Below are positions 38,689 to 48,789 of a stretch of DNA of 64,000 nucleotides, piece by piece. Under the pieces are notes generated by a model. That model did no database searches, was not told the DNA's origin, and saw only the letters and a list, made by a program, of their open reading frames with translations. Origin of the DNA: a virus; IMG/VR virus record IMGVR_UViG_3300038701_000531, positions 1,438 through 65,437 of that record; one strand, 5' to 3'. How positions within the stretch are numbered: the first letter of the stretch is position 1; each line of letters begins with the position of its first letter. The position numbers and the translations under genes are program-made.

Positions 38689-39273
38689 TTATGGTTTGGT
38701 TACGTCTATAGGGACTGGTATATCACCATTCACCCCAGTGATAAGGTCTCCATCTCCATTAAGAGTGATAGCATAATCACCTTCTTGGTATGGGTCTATA
38801 AATTTGTCAACAATATAAAAAGAACAAGTAAGTCTACTTCCTTCTCTAAACCTTGTTGATAATAATGTTGGTGTTGGTACTACCTCTCCCTTAGCTCTCA
38901 AGGCTAAACCACCTGTAGTACTAAGGATATTATTGATAGTATAGGGAGTTATTAAGCTAGACCTAAATTGCTGTAGTATAGACTCTGAATCCTCACCGTA
39001 ACACCTCCAAGTAAAGAACACTTCATAAAGTATCTCATAGGTAGGTAAGTTGGTGTCTTCATCTAAGTAGCTATCTAATACTTCCCCTGAGGGCTGTATA
39101 GTAACTCCTAAGTCTAAAGTAATATAAGGTGTATCTGCTTGAGGTCTGCCAGTTCTAGCTCTACTAACTGAAGGTGTGGTTCCTGATTGTAATGGTGTAG
39201 TACTTAGTCTATTACCTACCACTGCTTTAGTTGTAGCTATAAGACCATCATACATCAAATCATAATTAAGCAT
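38689..39273 (-). CDS. tail terminator/completion protein
   Basis: Synteny upstream of the sheath. Confidence 0.6.
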   Translation of the reverse strand: MLNYDLMYDGLIATTKAVVGNRLSTTPLQSGTTPSVSRARTGRPQADTPYITLDLGVTIQPSGEVLDSYLDEDTNLPTYEILYEVFFTWRCYGEDSESILQQFRSSLITPYTINNILSTTGGLALRAKGEVVPTPTLLSTRFREGSRLTCSFYIVDKFIDPYQEGDYAITLNGDGDLITGVNGDIPVPIDVTKP

Positions 39274-39641
39274 TAAACTTTCTCCTCCAACATTACAAAA
39301 ACTTTATAATGTTTTGTAGAGAGTTGCCTCCACTTTTCAACTACACCAACTTGATATCTTTTATTATCTATAACTACAATATCAGCTTCACGGTTAATAG
39401 TGTCATCTACTGTCTTTAATTCTTGCTTAGTGTATATTTTTAATGATTCAGTATTTTTAAAAGCTTCTGGTAATTTATTTAAATCATCACCTGTGACAGG
39501 TTGAATACTACCTTTAGCTTTTATCCTAGTAGTACTTTCTTTAGCTTCTACCCAGTTACCTTTACCATCATCATAACCCTCAAAACCTTTAGCAGCCCTT
39601 AAGACTAAGAAAGAATCAGTTTGTAATAATCTCATTTCCAC
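39273..39641 (-). CDS. head closure (head-tail adaptor) protein
   Basis: 'GSIQP....L..LPE','AD.V.....Y.V'. Confidence 0.7.
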   Translation of the reverse strand: MEMRLLQTDSFLVLRAAKGFEGYDDGKGNWVEAKESTTRIKAKGSIQPVTGDDLNKLPEAFKNTESLKIYTKQELKTVDDTINREADIVVIDNKRYQVGVVEKWRQLSTKHYKVFVMLEEKV

Positions 39642-40169
39642 CTACTTACTTGTCTTAACTAACATACCATCTCGTAACTTATGTGTATCTACAAGAGGAT
39701 CATTACGTCCTTTTTGCTTAATAGTAGAGGGTGCGTTATCTACTAGACCAATGGTATTATCTATTCCAAAATTATCTTGAGTTTTCTTTTTAAGATGTTC
39801 ACCTACTCCCTCTAGGAAGTCTGTTATATGCTTATTTAGATTCTTACCTTTTCCAAAACCCATATAGAGTTTCTTAACTAAAGGTACTAATTTATTAGCC
39901 TCAGATTTTCCCATCATTTGTTGTAGTGTACCTTCAAAGAAAGGTCTAGGAGGTATACGTCCATCTTTAGTACCCTCATGCAACCAAGCAGCTAATTCAG
40001 CCATATTGACATCTTCTTTTTTACCACGTTCATTAGTGTGGTGAATTTCAGAAGAATCAAAACCAACTTGAACCCACTCCTGTGCTAGCCTGTTAAAGTC
40101 TTTCTTAAATTGGTTTAATTCTTTAAAACCTTTATTAGTATCTAGAGTAGCTTTAACAGTAATAGCCAT
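39642..40169 (-). CDS. neck/tail completion protein
   Basis: 'IPPRPF','NAPSTIKQKGRNDPLVDT..L'. Confidence 0.75.
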   Translation of the reverse strand: MAITVKATLDTNKGFKELNQFKKDFNRLAQEWVQVGFDSSEIHHTNERGKKEDVNMAELAAWLHEGTKDGRIPPRPFFEGTLQQMMGKSEANKLVPLVKKLYMGFGKGKNLNKHITDFLEGVGEHLKKKTQDNFGIDNTIGLVDNAPSTIKQKGRNDPLVDTHKLRDGMLVKTSK

Positions 40170-40366
40170 TACTTCTCTTCCTTAACCTTAGTAGGTTTAG
40201 GAGATGCCTTAGGAGCCTCTGTAACGCTTATATTGCCCATATCTTTTAAAACCTTAAGTTCTACCTTATTGAAAGGTATCGTTGGGTAGCGCTTGCTAGG
40301 GGACTCCTGACCAGCTCTATATTCCACTTTTGCAAACTTAAAGTTTTTTAAAATTGTTATTTTCAT
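40169..40366 (-). CDS. small virion-associated hypothetical protein
   Basis: 65 aa in the head-neck cluster. Confidence 0.55.
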   Translation of the reverse strand: MKITILKNFKFAKVEYRAGQESPSKRYPTIPFNKVELKVLKDMGNISVTEAPKASPKPTKVKEEK

Positions 40367-40373
40367 TTTAACC

Positions 40374-40802
40374 TCATAATGTTAAATCTGAGTCACACAC
40401 ACAAGAGGTATCTAGTTCTACTGCTTTACTATTTACAAACAAACCTATACTAACAGGAGGACTATAACCCATAATAGGGCAGATAGTATTATTAACTGCT
40501 TTTATGTAGTCTTTCCAAGGGTCAGCCCCAGAACGCTCAAAACGTTCTAATTCTACCTCACCTGTTTTCTCTTTCTTAGTGCTGGCTTCATCCACATAGT
40601 AACTAGACTGATTCTTAATAGCACAGAGTTTTAGAGATTTACATGCAACCTCTGCATACTTCTCATCCTCACTGCCTACTTGATTAATTGTTAGATTAAT
40701 CAGCATAAGTATTTCATCATCTTTAAGAGTGTTGTTATCTGGCAACCAGAATACAATATCTTTTAGTAACTTATTCTGATTCTCTGGTGATGTTAATGCC
40801 AT
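40374..40802 (-). CDS. head-tail adaptor (connector)
   Basis: Synteny after the capsid; 'EKTGEVE'. Confidence 0.6.
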   Translation of the reverse strand: MALTSPENQNKLLKDIVFWLPDNNTLKDDEILMLINLTINQVGSEDEKYAEVACKSLKLCAIKNQSSYYVDEASTKKEKTGEVELERFERSGADPWKDYIKAVNNTICPIMGYSPPVSIGLFVNSKAVELDTSCVCDSDLTL

Positions 40803-40814
40803 TTTAACTCCGAT

Positions 40815-40837
40815 AAAAAGAGGGGCAAAAGCCCCTC
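40815..40837 (-). terminator. Rho-independent terminator after the major capsid gene
   Basis: GAGGGGC-AAAA-GCCCCTC with A-run. Confidence 0.85.
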
Positions 40838-40844
40838 AACACTA

Positions 40845-41927
40845 CTAAGTAGAAGTAGTTAAGTGGGTGATAGCGCGAGGATTACCGTTGAAGTAAAGTA
40901 CGTTAGACTCTTCTGCAACTGTAACACCTGAACGATTATCTTCCCAGAAAGCAGCATACTTAGAAAGTGCTTGTGTATTCACACTATCCATAGTTTGAGC
41001 TGGAGCATACTTCTTACCAATACCATTAGCCAAACCAACTGGAACAATGTAAGCATCTGCATCAGCAATTAGCTTAGTACCAGCAATGATCTCTGAACCG
41101 TAGTTAACATAAATCAAACCATCGTGTGATTTGAAGTTGTCATAACGGAAGTTACCATCTGACATAGTAGGCACAGCTTCAGACGCTAAATCTAAAGTAG
41201 AACGCAATGGACGAGCCAAAGTATCTTGCTTCTCAATATCATAACGCTTACTAAAGAAGTCATCACCACACAATACGATTTGAGCATTAGCGCTCTCACC
41301 GCCACGGGCAATCTCTTGAGCGTTTAACTTACGTTGTTCCATAAAGCGTTGGATGAAATCATCGGCTGCTGTACCAAGAGTCATATCTATTTTAGCAGGA
41401 CGAGCTGAACCAACTTGGTCAGTATAGAAGTTGTACTCAGTTGCACCACTACCACGAACAATGTTTGTATCTGCTGTAATCAACTGAGCAAGAGCCAACT
41501 CATCAAAGTTACTCCAAGAGTCCTCAGCTTTGATACTCATCATTGCTAAGATATCTTCGATAGTAAGTAAATCCATTGAGTTAGGTTTACGTCTACCAGA
41601 GATATCTTGTGGAGCTGCATTAAATTGTAAACCGAATGAAGGAACTTCATAGTAGAAAGTCTTCGCACGATCTTTAGTTAAGTTTTTACCTAACTCATGG
41701 TATTGCTTACCATCTGGTAATGCAACTGAGCTAGTAGTTTCATCATACTTGAACTGAGTAGTAGTCAAGAACTCATTAGTAGCATCTGTACCAAATAATG
41801 AGGTTAACAAGCGAGGCTTAACATAAGTACGTTGAGTACCCATTGTGATATCCTGCATCTGGAAACCACCAGTAAGAGCTTGACCTAATGCTTTATCAAG
41901 TACCTTTTCTGAAATTTTAATTGTCAT
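40845..41927 (-). CDS. major capsid protein
   Basis: 360 aa, Felix O1-like MCP pattern ('K.YAPA..M..VNT','ESN.L..N..P'), followed by a strong terminator. Confidence 0.88.
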   Translation of the reverse strand: MTIKISEKVLDKALGQALTGGFQMQDITMGTQRTYVKPRLLTSLFGTDATNEFLTTTQFKYDETTSSVALPDGKQYHELGKNLTKDRAKTFYYEVPSFGLQFNAAPQDISGRRKPNSMDLLTIEDILAMMSIKAEDSWSNFDELALAQLITADTNIVRGSGATEYNFYTDQVGSARPAKIDMTLGTAADDFIQRFMEQRKLNAQEIARGGESANAQIVLCGDDFFSKRYDIEKQDTLARPLRSTLDLASEAVPTMSDGNFRYDNFKSHDGLIYVNYGSEIIAGTKLIADADAYIVPVGLANGIGKKYAPAQTMDSVNTQALSKYAAFWEDNRSGVTVAEESNVLYFNGNPRAITHLTTST

Positions 41928-41955
41928 TTTCTTTTAATATCCTTTGATTATACTA

Positions 41956-42432
41956 CTAAGCTACTACGTAAGATGGGATTACATTAGTTGCTGGGTCATA
42001 GACTGCCACACCTTGAGTTTCTAATTCTGTGTAGAATTCAGCTAAGTTAGGTGCTGTGATAGAACCCTCTTCCAAACCACCTTTGTCAATTTCTGCATGA
42101 CGATACAAAACTACCATTCTAGTAGCTGTAGTTGTCAATGTAACATCAGCTCGGTTAGTACCAACACCAGCCTCAGGAGTACCTACAGTAACAGCAACTT
42201 TAGCACCATTAGGTAGTACAGAAGCTCCTGTAGCTGCAATATCTTGAGCTAAGTATGGTTCAAAAGCGTCTGTATCATCCCATACAACTAATGTACCAAT
42301 AGGGTCTACAGCAGCAGCGCCTTTAACGTCTACAACTGCATATGAATAGTTTGTACCAGCACTGTTAGTAAATGCACCAAGGCCTTTTACTACTTCTGAT
42401 AAATGTTTACGGCTAGTTTCGACTACTGGCAT
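41956..42432 (-). CDS. head decoration protein
   Basis: Immediately upstream of the MCP. Confidence 0.65.
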   Translation of the reverse strand: MPVVETSRKHLSEVVKGLGAFTNSAGTNYSYAVVDVKGAAAVDPIGTLVVWDDTDAFEPYLAQDIAATGASVLPNGAKVAVTVGTPEAGVGTNRADVTLTTTATRMVVLYRHAEIDKGGLEEGSITAPNLAEFYTELETQGVAVYDPATNVIPSYVVA

Positions 42433-43127
42433 TATTTAGCATCCTTATTTGTTAATTCATTACGGGCTTTAATCAATTTCTCAGCCATAGTTAGTTCAGC
42501 TTCTTCTTCATTAATTGAATCAGAGCCTTGTTCTTGTTTCAAAGCTTTCGCTAATTCAGTTTCTTCTTCTTTTTCTACAACTTCTTTAGCTTTATTAACT
42601 GCTTCTTCTTTATCCGCAATTAGGCTATCAAAAGCTTTGGTAATGAAAGATACTTGATCTTCGTTTAAATCAGCAATAGCACCTGCAATGCCAGCTTTCA
42701 CATCACCATCAAAACTATAAGCAGCTAACACTTTTTCTGCTTTAAGAATTTTATTATCTTGCTCTAATTGTTCTAGTTTTTTCAAAATCTCAGCGTTATC
42801 TGACATGAGTTCTGTATTTCCTTTATCGTTTTTGTTATCTTCCCCTAAATCAACCGTAGTGGAAGATGGGGTGTTGGTATCTACTGTTAGATTTTTATCT
42901 AACGGAGTAAATTCTTCTCCAATCTCATCTAAGATTTCTTGTTGAGATGGCGTTAATTTTTTATTTATATCTGAAGCTTTGAGTAATACTGGCTCATTAT
43001 ATCCTGAGGCAGCTCCACCTTGATCTCCATGTGTATAGGCTATATGTGCGCCTTTAAACTGAAAGTGTACACCTTTAAGGTTACGTTTAGCTTTTGGTTC
43101 ACTTTTTATATTATCTAAATCACTCAT
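42432..43127 (-). CDS. scaffolding-like protein
   Basis: Acidic coiled-coil C-terminal half. Confidence 0.65.
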   Translation of the reverse strand: MSDLDNIKSEPKAKRNLKGVHFQFKGAHIAYTHGDQGGAASGYNEPVLLKASDINKKLTPSQQEILDEIGEEFTPLDKNLTVDTNTPSSTTVDLGEDNKNDKGNTELMSDNAEILKKLEQLEQDNKILKAEKVLAAYSFDGDVKAGIAGAIADLNEDQVSFITKAFDSLIADKEEAVNKAKEVVEKEEETELAKALKQEQGSDSINEEEAELTMAEKLIKARNELTNKDAK

Positions 43128-43891
43128 TATAATTCTTCTACCTCAGTAGCCATAGCTCCTATTGATAATCCCATAAGCTTACCACTCTTACGTAGCTCCC
43201 AAGCTTTAGGGTTTGTGAATTGTATCTCACACAAAGGCTGTCCTTCCTCTACCAGAGTTTCTCCTATCATACATTGATAAGGGTTAACCCAAGCTTTATT
43301 TACTTTAAAGGACTGTGACTTGTGACCGTGGAATAAAGATGATTGCAATGTTCCATCTTCATTAGCCTCATTAAAACTCTTAACTAAGTTATAAGTTTCA
43401 TCTAAGCTAATAGTATCCCCTTGACCGTCTACGGATTCAGGTAATATATAGAGGGCTTCAACAGCTATCATTTCTTCATCATTAAATTGTTTTATAACTG
43501 ATAGAGTTTCTTTCTTAGAACACCCAAAGTACTTATCTAAAGCCTCTCCTAGGCTATCTGTTAAGCTCTTAGAGACCTTTGATTCCTCAGGTACGTCTTT
43601 GTACTCAGTTAACCTTTCAACCCTCTGAGGCTCTCCTGAGAAGCTTACAGACGTTACATCAGTGATGGAATAACTTAATTTGTAGTCCTCACTTCTATAA
43701 TCTCTGTCCTCTCCTGCAAAGTAAATAAAGTTATCATCAAAGTCTACTAAGTAAACCCAAGAGATAGTACTATCGTCTCTAAAATGATTTCTAAGAGCCT
43801 TAGATAACAACTCTCTTTTATCATTGTTTGTATTTTTAATCAGAGTTGTCATGCTCTTCCTTATCCTCAAAAATAGTTGTGCCAGTTTCAT
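43127..43891 (-). CDS. prohead protease (XkdF-like)
   Basis: 'ILPESVDGQGD','W...KSGKLMGLSIG'. Confidence 0.8.
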   Translation of the reverse strand: MKLAQLFLRIRKSMTTLIKNTNNDKRELLSKALRNHFRDDSTISWVYLVDFDDNFIYFAGEDRDYRSEDYKLSYSITDVTSVSFSGEPQRVERLTEYKDVPEESKVSKSLTDSLGEALDKYFGCSKKETLSVIKQFNDEEMIAVEALYILPESVDGQGDTISLDETYNLVKSFNEANEDGTLQSSLFHGHKSQSFKVNKAWVNPYQCMIGETLVEEGQPLCEIQFTNPKAWELRKSGKLMGLSIGAMATEVEEL

Positions 43892-45419
43892 CTAACCTAA
43901 ACAAAGCTTTATTCTCCACATTAGTAGCACTATTAGCACCACCTGCTTGTGAGCCGCCTACACCACTAGTGCCATTAGATTCTCCACCTCTTGAGGTGTC
44001 TCCATCATCAAATACTAAATCCTCAATACCTTCAGTTGGTAACTTAGCTTTCTTATACAAGTACTTCAAAGCTGCTGGAGTTAAACCTCCTACAGATTTC
44101 ATACGCTGTGTTACCTTACTTAATTCATCATGAGAGTACTCAGTAGGATCAGCAGGTACAAATTTAGGCATATCCTCAAAGTCTAAATGGATATTATTAA
44201 CTGCAAGCAACCTAGGAGCTAATTGAGAGTTAATCACATCAACTTTCTGTTGAACTGATCTCTCTACGTAATAACCGTGAGTGCTAATAGCATTAGTAGA
44301 CATTGAATAACTACCTACACTATCTTGACCTAGTAGTAAATGACCAGCGCCTAATGTGTTATAAATTGATTTACGCTTCTGGTCTATAACATCAGATGTT
44401 TTATACTGTTTACCACCACTACCCTCAATACCTTGTAATTTGAAATCATATAAAGGTGTTTTAGTAACCTCATCTACATCAGAGACTTGAACTATATAAG
44501 TACTTTCTCCATTCTGTACACGGGCTACATCCTCTTGTAGCTGTTTATAAGCTAGGGCTGCGTCTGGGTATTGAGCTGGGTTATTGGCTTGTTCTATTAG
44601 TAGTTGTGGCACTTTAATAACTACAACACCACCTAAGTCTTTAGAGATACCAATCATCTCTAGCTTCTCTACTACTTTCTTCTCAGCCCAAGCATCATAA
44701 CAATGAACTAAAGGGCTATCGCCTTGAGGGTTATTACCCGTAGAATTGAAAGTGAAGTGTAGGAGGTTATCTGTTTTTAACTGTACATAGTTTCTTGAAC
44801 TTAGTTGTGTGTTAAAAGCTGTTAAGTAACCTGCGAATTCTCTAGTAGAATCAAACTTACCCCTTTTTATAAGAGGTTTTTGAATAGCTGCTACAAGTTC
44901 TCTATTGTTAGTATCAAATTGCCAAGCATAAATAGATTTCTGATCTCTAGGGCTAAGTTTACGTAGTACTGTATTACCTTTGTACTTACCATAAGTTCTA
45001 ACTTCAGTTACTATATTAAGTAATGAAAATCCATAGATTAAATCAGTAGCTGCATCTTGCATAGCTTTACGCCATGTTCCATAACTCATATTGTGTATAT
45101 TGTAATTAAGGAACTCAGCAGCAATCTTACCTTTAGGGGTAGCACCTGTAAACTCACCATTAGCAAGAGCATTAACTACATGCAAGTTAGTGTTGTCTAC
45201 AGCATTAAATACAGCATCATCTGTTAGCATTCTATCAAAAGTGCAGAGTCTTTGAGGCATAACCAAATCTTTTTTCTTTGCATCTTGTATAAAACCAGAT
45301 TGCATTAAGAGGTGTGGTTGACCTTTCTCCATTCCAAAGGGTCTAGGAACTGGAGTAAAAGATTCTGCTTTGTTAATAGGAACACTGTCTTCTTTTTTAT
45401 TTATATCTTCTGTAGACAT
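43836..45419 (-). CDS. portal protein
   Basis: 527 aa, 'NPQGDSPL..CY..W..K', 'GQ..VGSYSMS'. Confidence 0.88.
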   Translation of the reverse strand: MSTEDINKKEDSVPINKAESFTPVPRPFGMEKGQPHLLMQSGFIQDAKKKDLVMPQRLCTFDRMLTDDAVFNAVDNTNLHVVNALANGEFTGATPKGKIAAEFLNYNIHNMSYGTWRKAMQDAATDLIYGFSLLNIVTEVRTYGKYKGNTVLRKLSPRDQKSIYAWQFDTNNRELVAAIQKPLIKRGKFDSTREFAGYLTAFNTQLSSRNYVQLKTDNLLHFTFNSTGNNPQGDSPLVHCYDAWAEKKVVEKLEMIGISKDLGGVVVIKVPQLLIEQANNPAQYPDAALAYKQLQEDVARVQNGESTYIVQVSDVDEVTKTPLYDFKLQGIEGSGGKQYKTSDVIDQKRKSIYNTLGAGHLLLGQDSVGSYSMSTNAISTHGYYVERSVQQKVDVINSQLAPRLLAVNNIHLDFEDMPKFVPADPTEYSHDELSKVTQRMKSVGGLTPAALKYLYKKAKLPTEGIEDLVFDDGDTSRGGESNGTSGVGGSQAGGANSATNVENKALFRLDETGTTIFEDKEEHDNSD

Positions 45420-45427
45420 GAGTTACC

Positions 45428-45751
45428 TTACTTTTTAGCAGCAGGTTTCTTCACTGTTGCTTTCTTAGGGGCTTTCTTAGAAACTACAGGAGTTTCTTCT
45501 TTAGTTTCCACTACAGGAGTTTCTTCTTTAGTTTCCACTACAGGAGTTTCTTCTTTAGTGTTATTAATAAGAGTTACTCTAGTAAAAGTCATTGCAGCAG
45601 GGACTTCTCTAATAGAAGTTAGCAATTCTTTCTCGTATCTGTAACCTTTATCCATGTAGTCCTGAACTTCTGTCCAAAATTGAATTAGATTAGACATTGA
45701 TGGTGCATTACATTGGATGGTTACTTTATTGCCATTTTCTTTAGCGTACAT
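45428..45751 (-). CDS. hypothetical protein with ETKEETPVV tandem repeat and Lys/Ala tail
   Basis: 27-nt unit repeated about 2.8 times at 45484-45559. Confidence 0.7.
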   Translation of the reverse strand: MYAKENGNKVTIQCNAPSMSNLIQFWTEVQDYMDKGYRYEKELLTSIREVPAAMTFTRVTLINNTKEETPVVETKEETPVVETKEETPVVSKKAPKKATVKKPAAKK

Positions 45752-45761
45752 TTAAGTTCCT

Positions 45762-48700
45762 TTAGTTATTCATATTATCCAACACATTCTTAGCTAGTGT
45801 TGGGTCAGTTGATTGATTTCTTGGTACAATTTTTATTACACGTTCTTTACAGAGGTAGTTGAATGCTGTTGCGCAAGCATCAGGCCAATCATCTTTCCTA
45901 TGTGCTGTTGATCTTTCTCCATCGAAAGACTCTAGCTCTTTGTAAAAAGCGTCTAGTGTAGCTTTATTAGGAAAAGATTCCTCTACTATTCTAACTAGCC
46001 CCGCTTGACAAGCTGCTGCAAAAGGTGAGAATTTAGTTAACTTAGATTTGTTAGTAGGCATTGCATCTGCCTTTACTATATAACCCTCAGATAATAATTT
46101 CTTAGCGGATTCCTGAAACTCTACAATACCAGCTTGACCTACATCTTTAGGTAGTATTATAGGGACTTCATCTCCATCAGCTTCTGCTTGGTCTTTTATT
46201 AGCGCATCTCTTTCTCCAGCTAATCTACAAAACTTACCATAGATATCTGATTTCTCATCTTTAGCTGATGGTATAAAATCTGCTATGATATAATAAATAC
46301 CATTCTCATCTTTTTCCATTCTAATAGAAGCTGTAGGGTCTACATATCTATTTTTCTCGCTGGGTATACTAGCACCTTTATCCCAAGCTCTGCATTTAGA
46401 GGTCTTACATATAGGATAAGTTACATTTTCAACCCAATCTCTACCCCAATAATTACTACCCTCTGCTCTTGCATACCAGTTACCTTCAAGTAGTCTTGAC
46501 CTCTCTACTCTAGGGAGTGAATTTAATTCTGCTAAATACTTGGGGTTTTTCTTGATTAATATTGGATTATCAAAAATAGTACCCGCAATGAAAGTAAAAG
46601 ATTTAGGCTGTACTGTAATGTATTCTTTATCTATAGGATTCCAAACCTTACAAGCGTCAGGAAAATCTGCTATGATTTCCTCTGCACTATTTCTAAATAC
46701 AGGTTTCTCGTCTATTACTATATAATACCTAATTTTACCCTGCTTCTCAGGGTCTGGTAATCCAGTTTCATCTAGATACCACTCAATCCAATTTAACACC
46801 CAACTATCAGCATCTGGATTACAAGAACCGAAAGCATAAGAATCACTTTCTGCTCCAGAACGTAGTCGAGATAGTAGATATGTGAACTGTCTTTCTGTAA
46901 AGTGGGTTAGCTCGTCAAAACCAACAAAAGAGTATTGTACTTTTATGTTCATAACTATTCGTTAGGTAGTTACCGCTAATTAAAGCTGCTATATGTTTCC
47001 ATATAGATCGGACTATATCATCATCCTTTTCAGGACGCCTTGCGCTTCGAGTATCAATAACTTATACCCTACGAGTTTCCTCTAGTCTCTGCACTCACCT
47101 AAAGTTTAATTATAGGCTAGCTCAGGATTATCTTCAGCATTACTTGTTAAGACTTCCCCTGAATTCACAAGGTTTGCAACTTATATTACTATAAGAGGGG
47201 GCTACAAATTAACCCTTGATGGTCTTCGCAGTTATCTTCATGCTGCATGTGAGCAAATGTTAAGGTTGCCCCACTTGGAAATTCATGTTGATACTGCGGT
47301 TTATTTCTAGTTTTGGTTTTAAAAGGTCGGTACATCTTTTGGCTCTCAGGCCAAAGTCCCCCAGCACCTACTAATTGAGTAGTGACCCTACGAAAGAATA
47401 TACCATTAAAATTGGGGTCATGTACATGCTGCAAAGGGTGCATCAACATTAAGTGAGAGTTATGAGTAACTATAAAATCTTTGGTAATAAACTGTTTATC
47501 GTCCCCTGTAATGGATATACAAGTTGAATAATCTCTACCTGTCAATTCTACACTAACAACCCTATTCTTAATTTTCTTAGGTTTACACCGTTCTTTCTTA
47601 CGAGTTAAATGAAATATATCCGCCCCATTGGGGTGTCTAATATATAGTATATAAGCTTTACCGTAAGGAGACGGTGTTTTCTTCTCAGTTATAGTTGCAG
47701 TACCACCTAAACTTCTAATTAAGTATTGCATATCCCTAGCTAATTTAGAGGATACCGTACAGAACTCTAAAGAGGTATCTAAGTTAGCGCACCCATCAGT
47801 ATCCATAAGACCTCGTAGTAGTTCGAGTCTATTATTGTAAGTACTATTTAAGTACTCATCTGGAATACTTTTTGTATAAGATTTATGTCCAAATAACCCC
47901 AAGTCAATAAGGTCGTCTTTTATGTTATGTATTCCATAAGCGTACTGAGACGATCTTTTATTAATTCTATAACCTAGTGACTTTAATCTATCTATAATTT
48001 CCTTATCCGCAGACGTAATAGCTACTTCTTTATTAATAGATCCATCACCTAATAAACACCCTACTAAGTAGGGATGTAAGGTATGTTCTTTACCTTGAGA
48101 ATATTCTAGGTTGGTGGGTAAATCAATTAAAGGACAACGTCTACGAGCGCCTTTAGGTTTTCCATATTCTTTATCTAGTATACTTTTTAATTTTAAAGTA
48201 TCTACAGTCTTGCGATTATCCTGCCCATCTCCTGCTATAGAAATAGTCCATAGATGTTCTCCACATACCTCTACATTTCCTCCGTCTTGGAAAGTAACTT
48301 TATAAACATCTTTCTTAGGCTGAGGATATATCGCTAAAACTTTTTCGATATTACCTTTAGACCCTATCACAGAGTTTCCTACAGAAATATTTTCTATATT
48401 TACCCAACCAGTATCAGTTAGTACTGGAGTACCGTGTTTTAATGCTTTTCCCGAACCAGCCTTGGGATTGTTATGTAGCTCGTTATACTACTCTCTGATT
48501 TACCAGAGTATCGGACTATATCTTAGCTTTACGCTCCCCCCGTTTCGAGTTCACTTGAACCCTACTTCCTCTCGGAATAGTCTCTACGCTCGGATATTAA
48601 TCCTAGCTCGGTATTAGCATATCTTTAGACTTAGCTTTCACCGAATTAGAGGGGTATATTAAGGTGGAACCACTGGATTTTCAAGCACCACCGTAGATTA

Positions 48701-48788
48701 CAAGGTCTACACCTTTATTTGTTATATTGAAAGCAAGCTCTTGTGAACCTTTTTGTCACTGTGGTTGGATAACAACTTGTTTACTCAA
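45762..48788 (-). CDS. terL: terminase large subunit: exons 48788-48684, 48460-47212, 46939-45762; contains an intein and an in-frame TGA (48758-48756)
   Basis: Splicing restores YGGA-AGSGK-(intein)-SHLM and HQG-L-QYSFVGFDE; nuclease 'RAWD..S', 'HDD.PDA'-like motif; TTG start with AAGGAGGT. Confidence 0.9.
46940..47211 (-). mobile_element. group I intron (terL intron 2, 272 nt, no ORF)
   Basis: P1 GGGU/GCCC; P10 UUGUA/UACAA; GATATAGTCC; GAAA-capped P9; terminal G. Confidence 0.9.
47459..48445 (-). mobile_element. class 3 intein (329 aa) with LAGLIDADG endonuclease in the TerL Walker A
   Basis: Ala1 (ALKHG), block B CGEHLW, block F STCIS, block G VTHN/S (WCT triad); LLGDG and LMDTDG. Confidence 0.9.
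48461..48683 (-). mobile_element. group I intron (terL intron 1, 223 nt, no ORF)
   Basis: P1 GGUGGUGCU/GGUUCCACC; P10 CCAGU/GCUGG; AAGATATAGTCC; terminal G. Confidence 0.9.
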
Positions 48789-48789
48789 C

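Noticed and set aside
45762-48370. ORF-track calls 45762..46952 and 47189..48370 as separate genes
   Set aside because: The first starts inside intron 2 and the second inside the intein; both are parts of terL.
48756-48758. Genome-wide UGA reassignment to explain the terL stop
   Set aside because: Many genes end at TGA in tight ATGA overlaps (e.g. 2206, 4360, 52545), long genes have no other internal TGA, and no TCA-anticodon tRNA is in the window.
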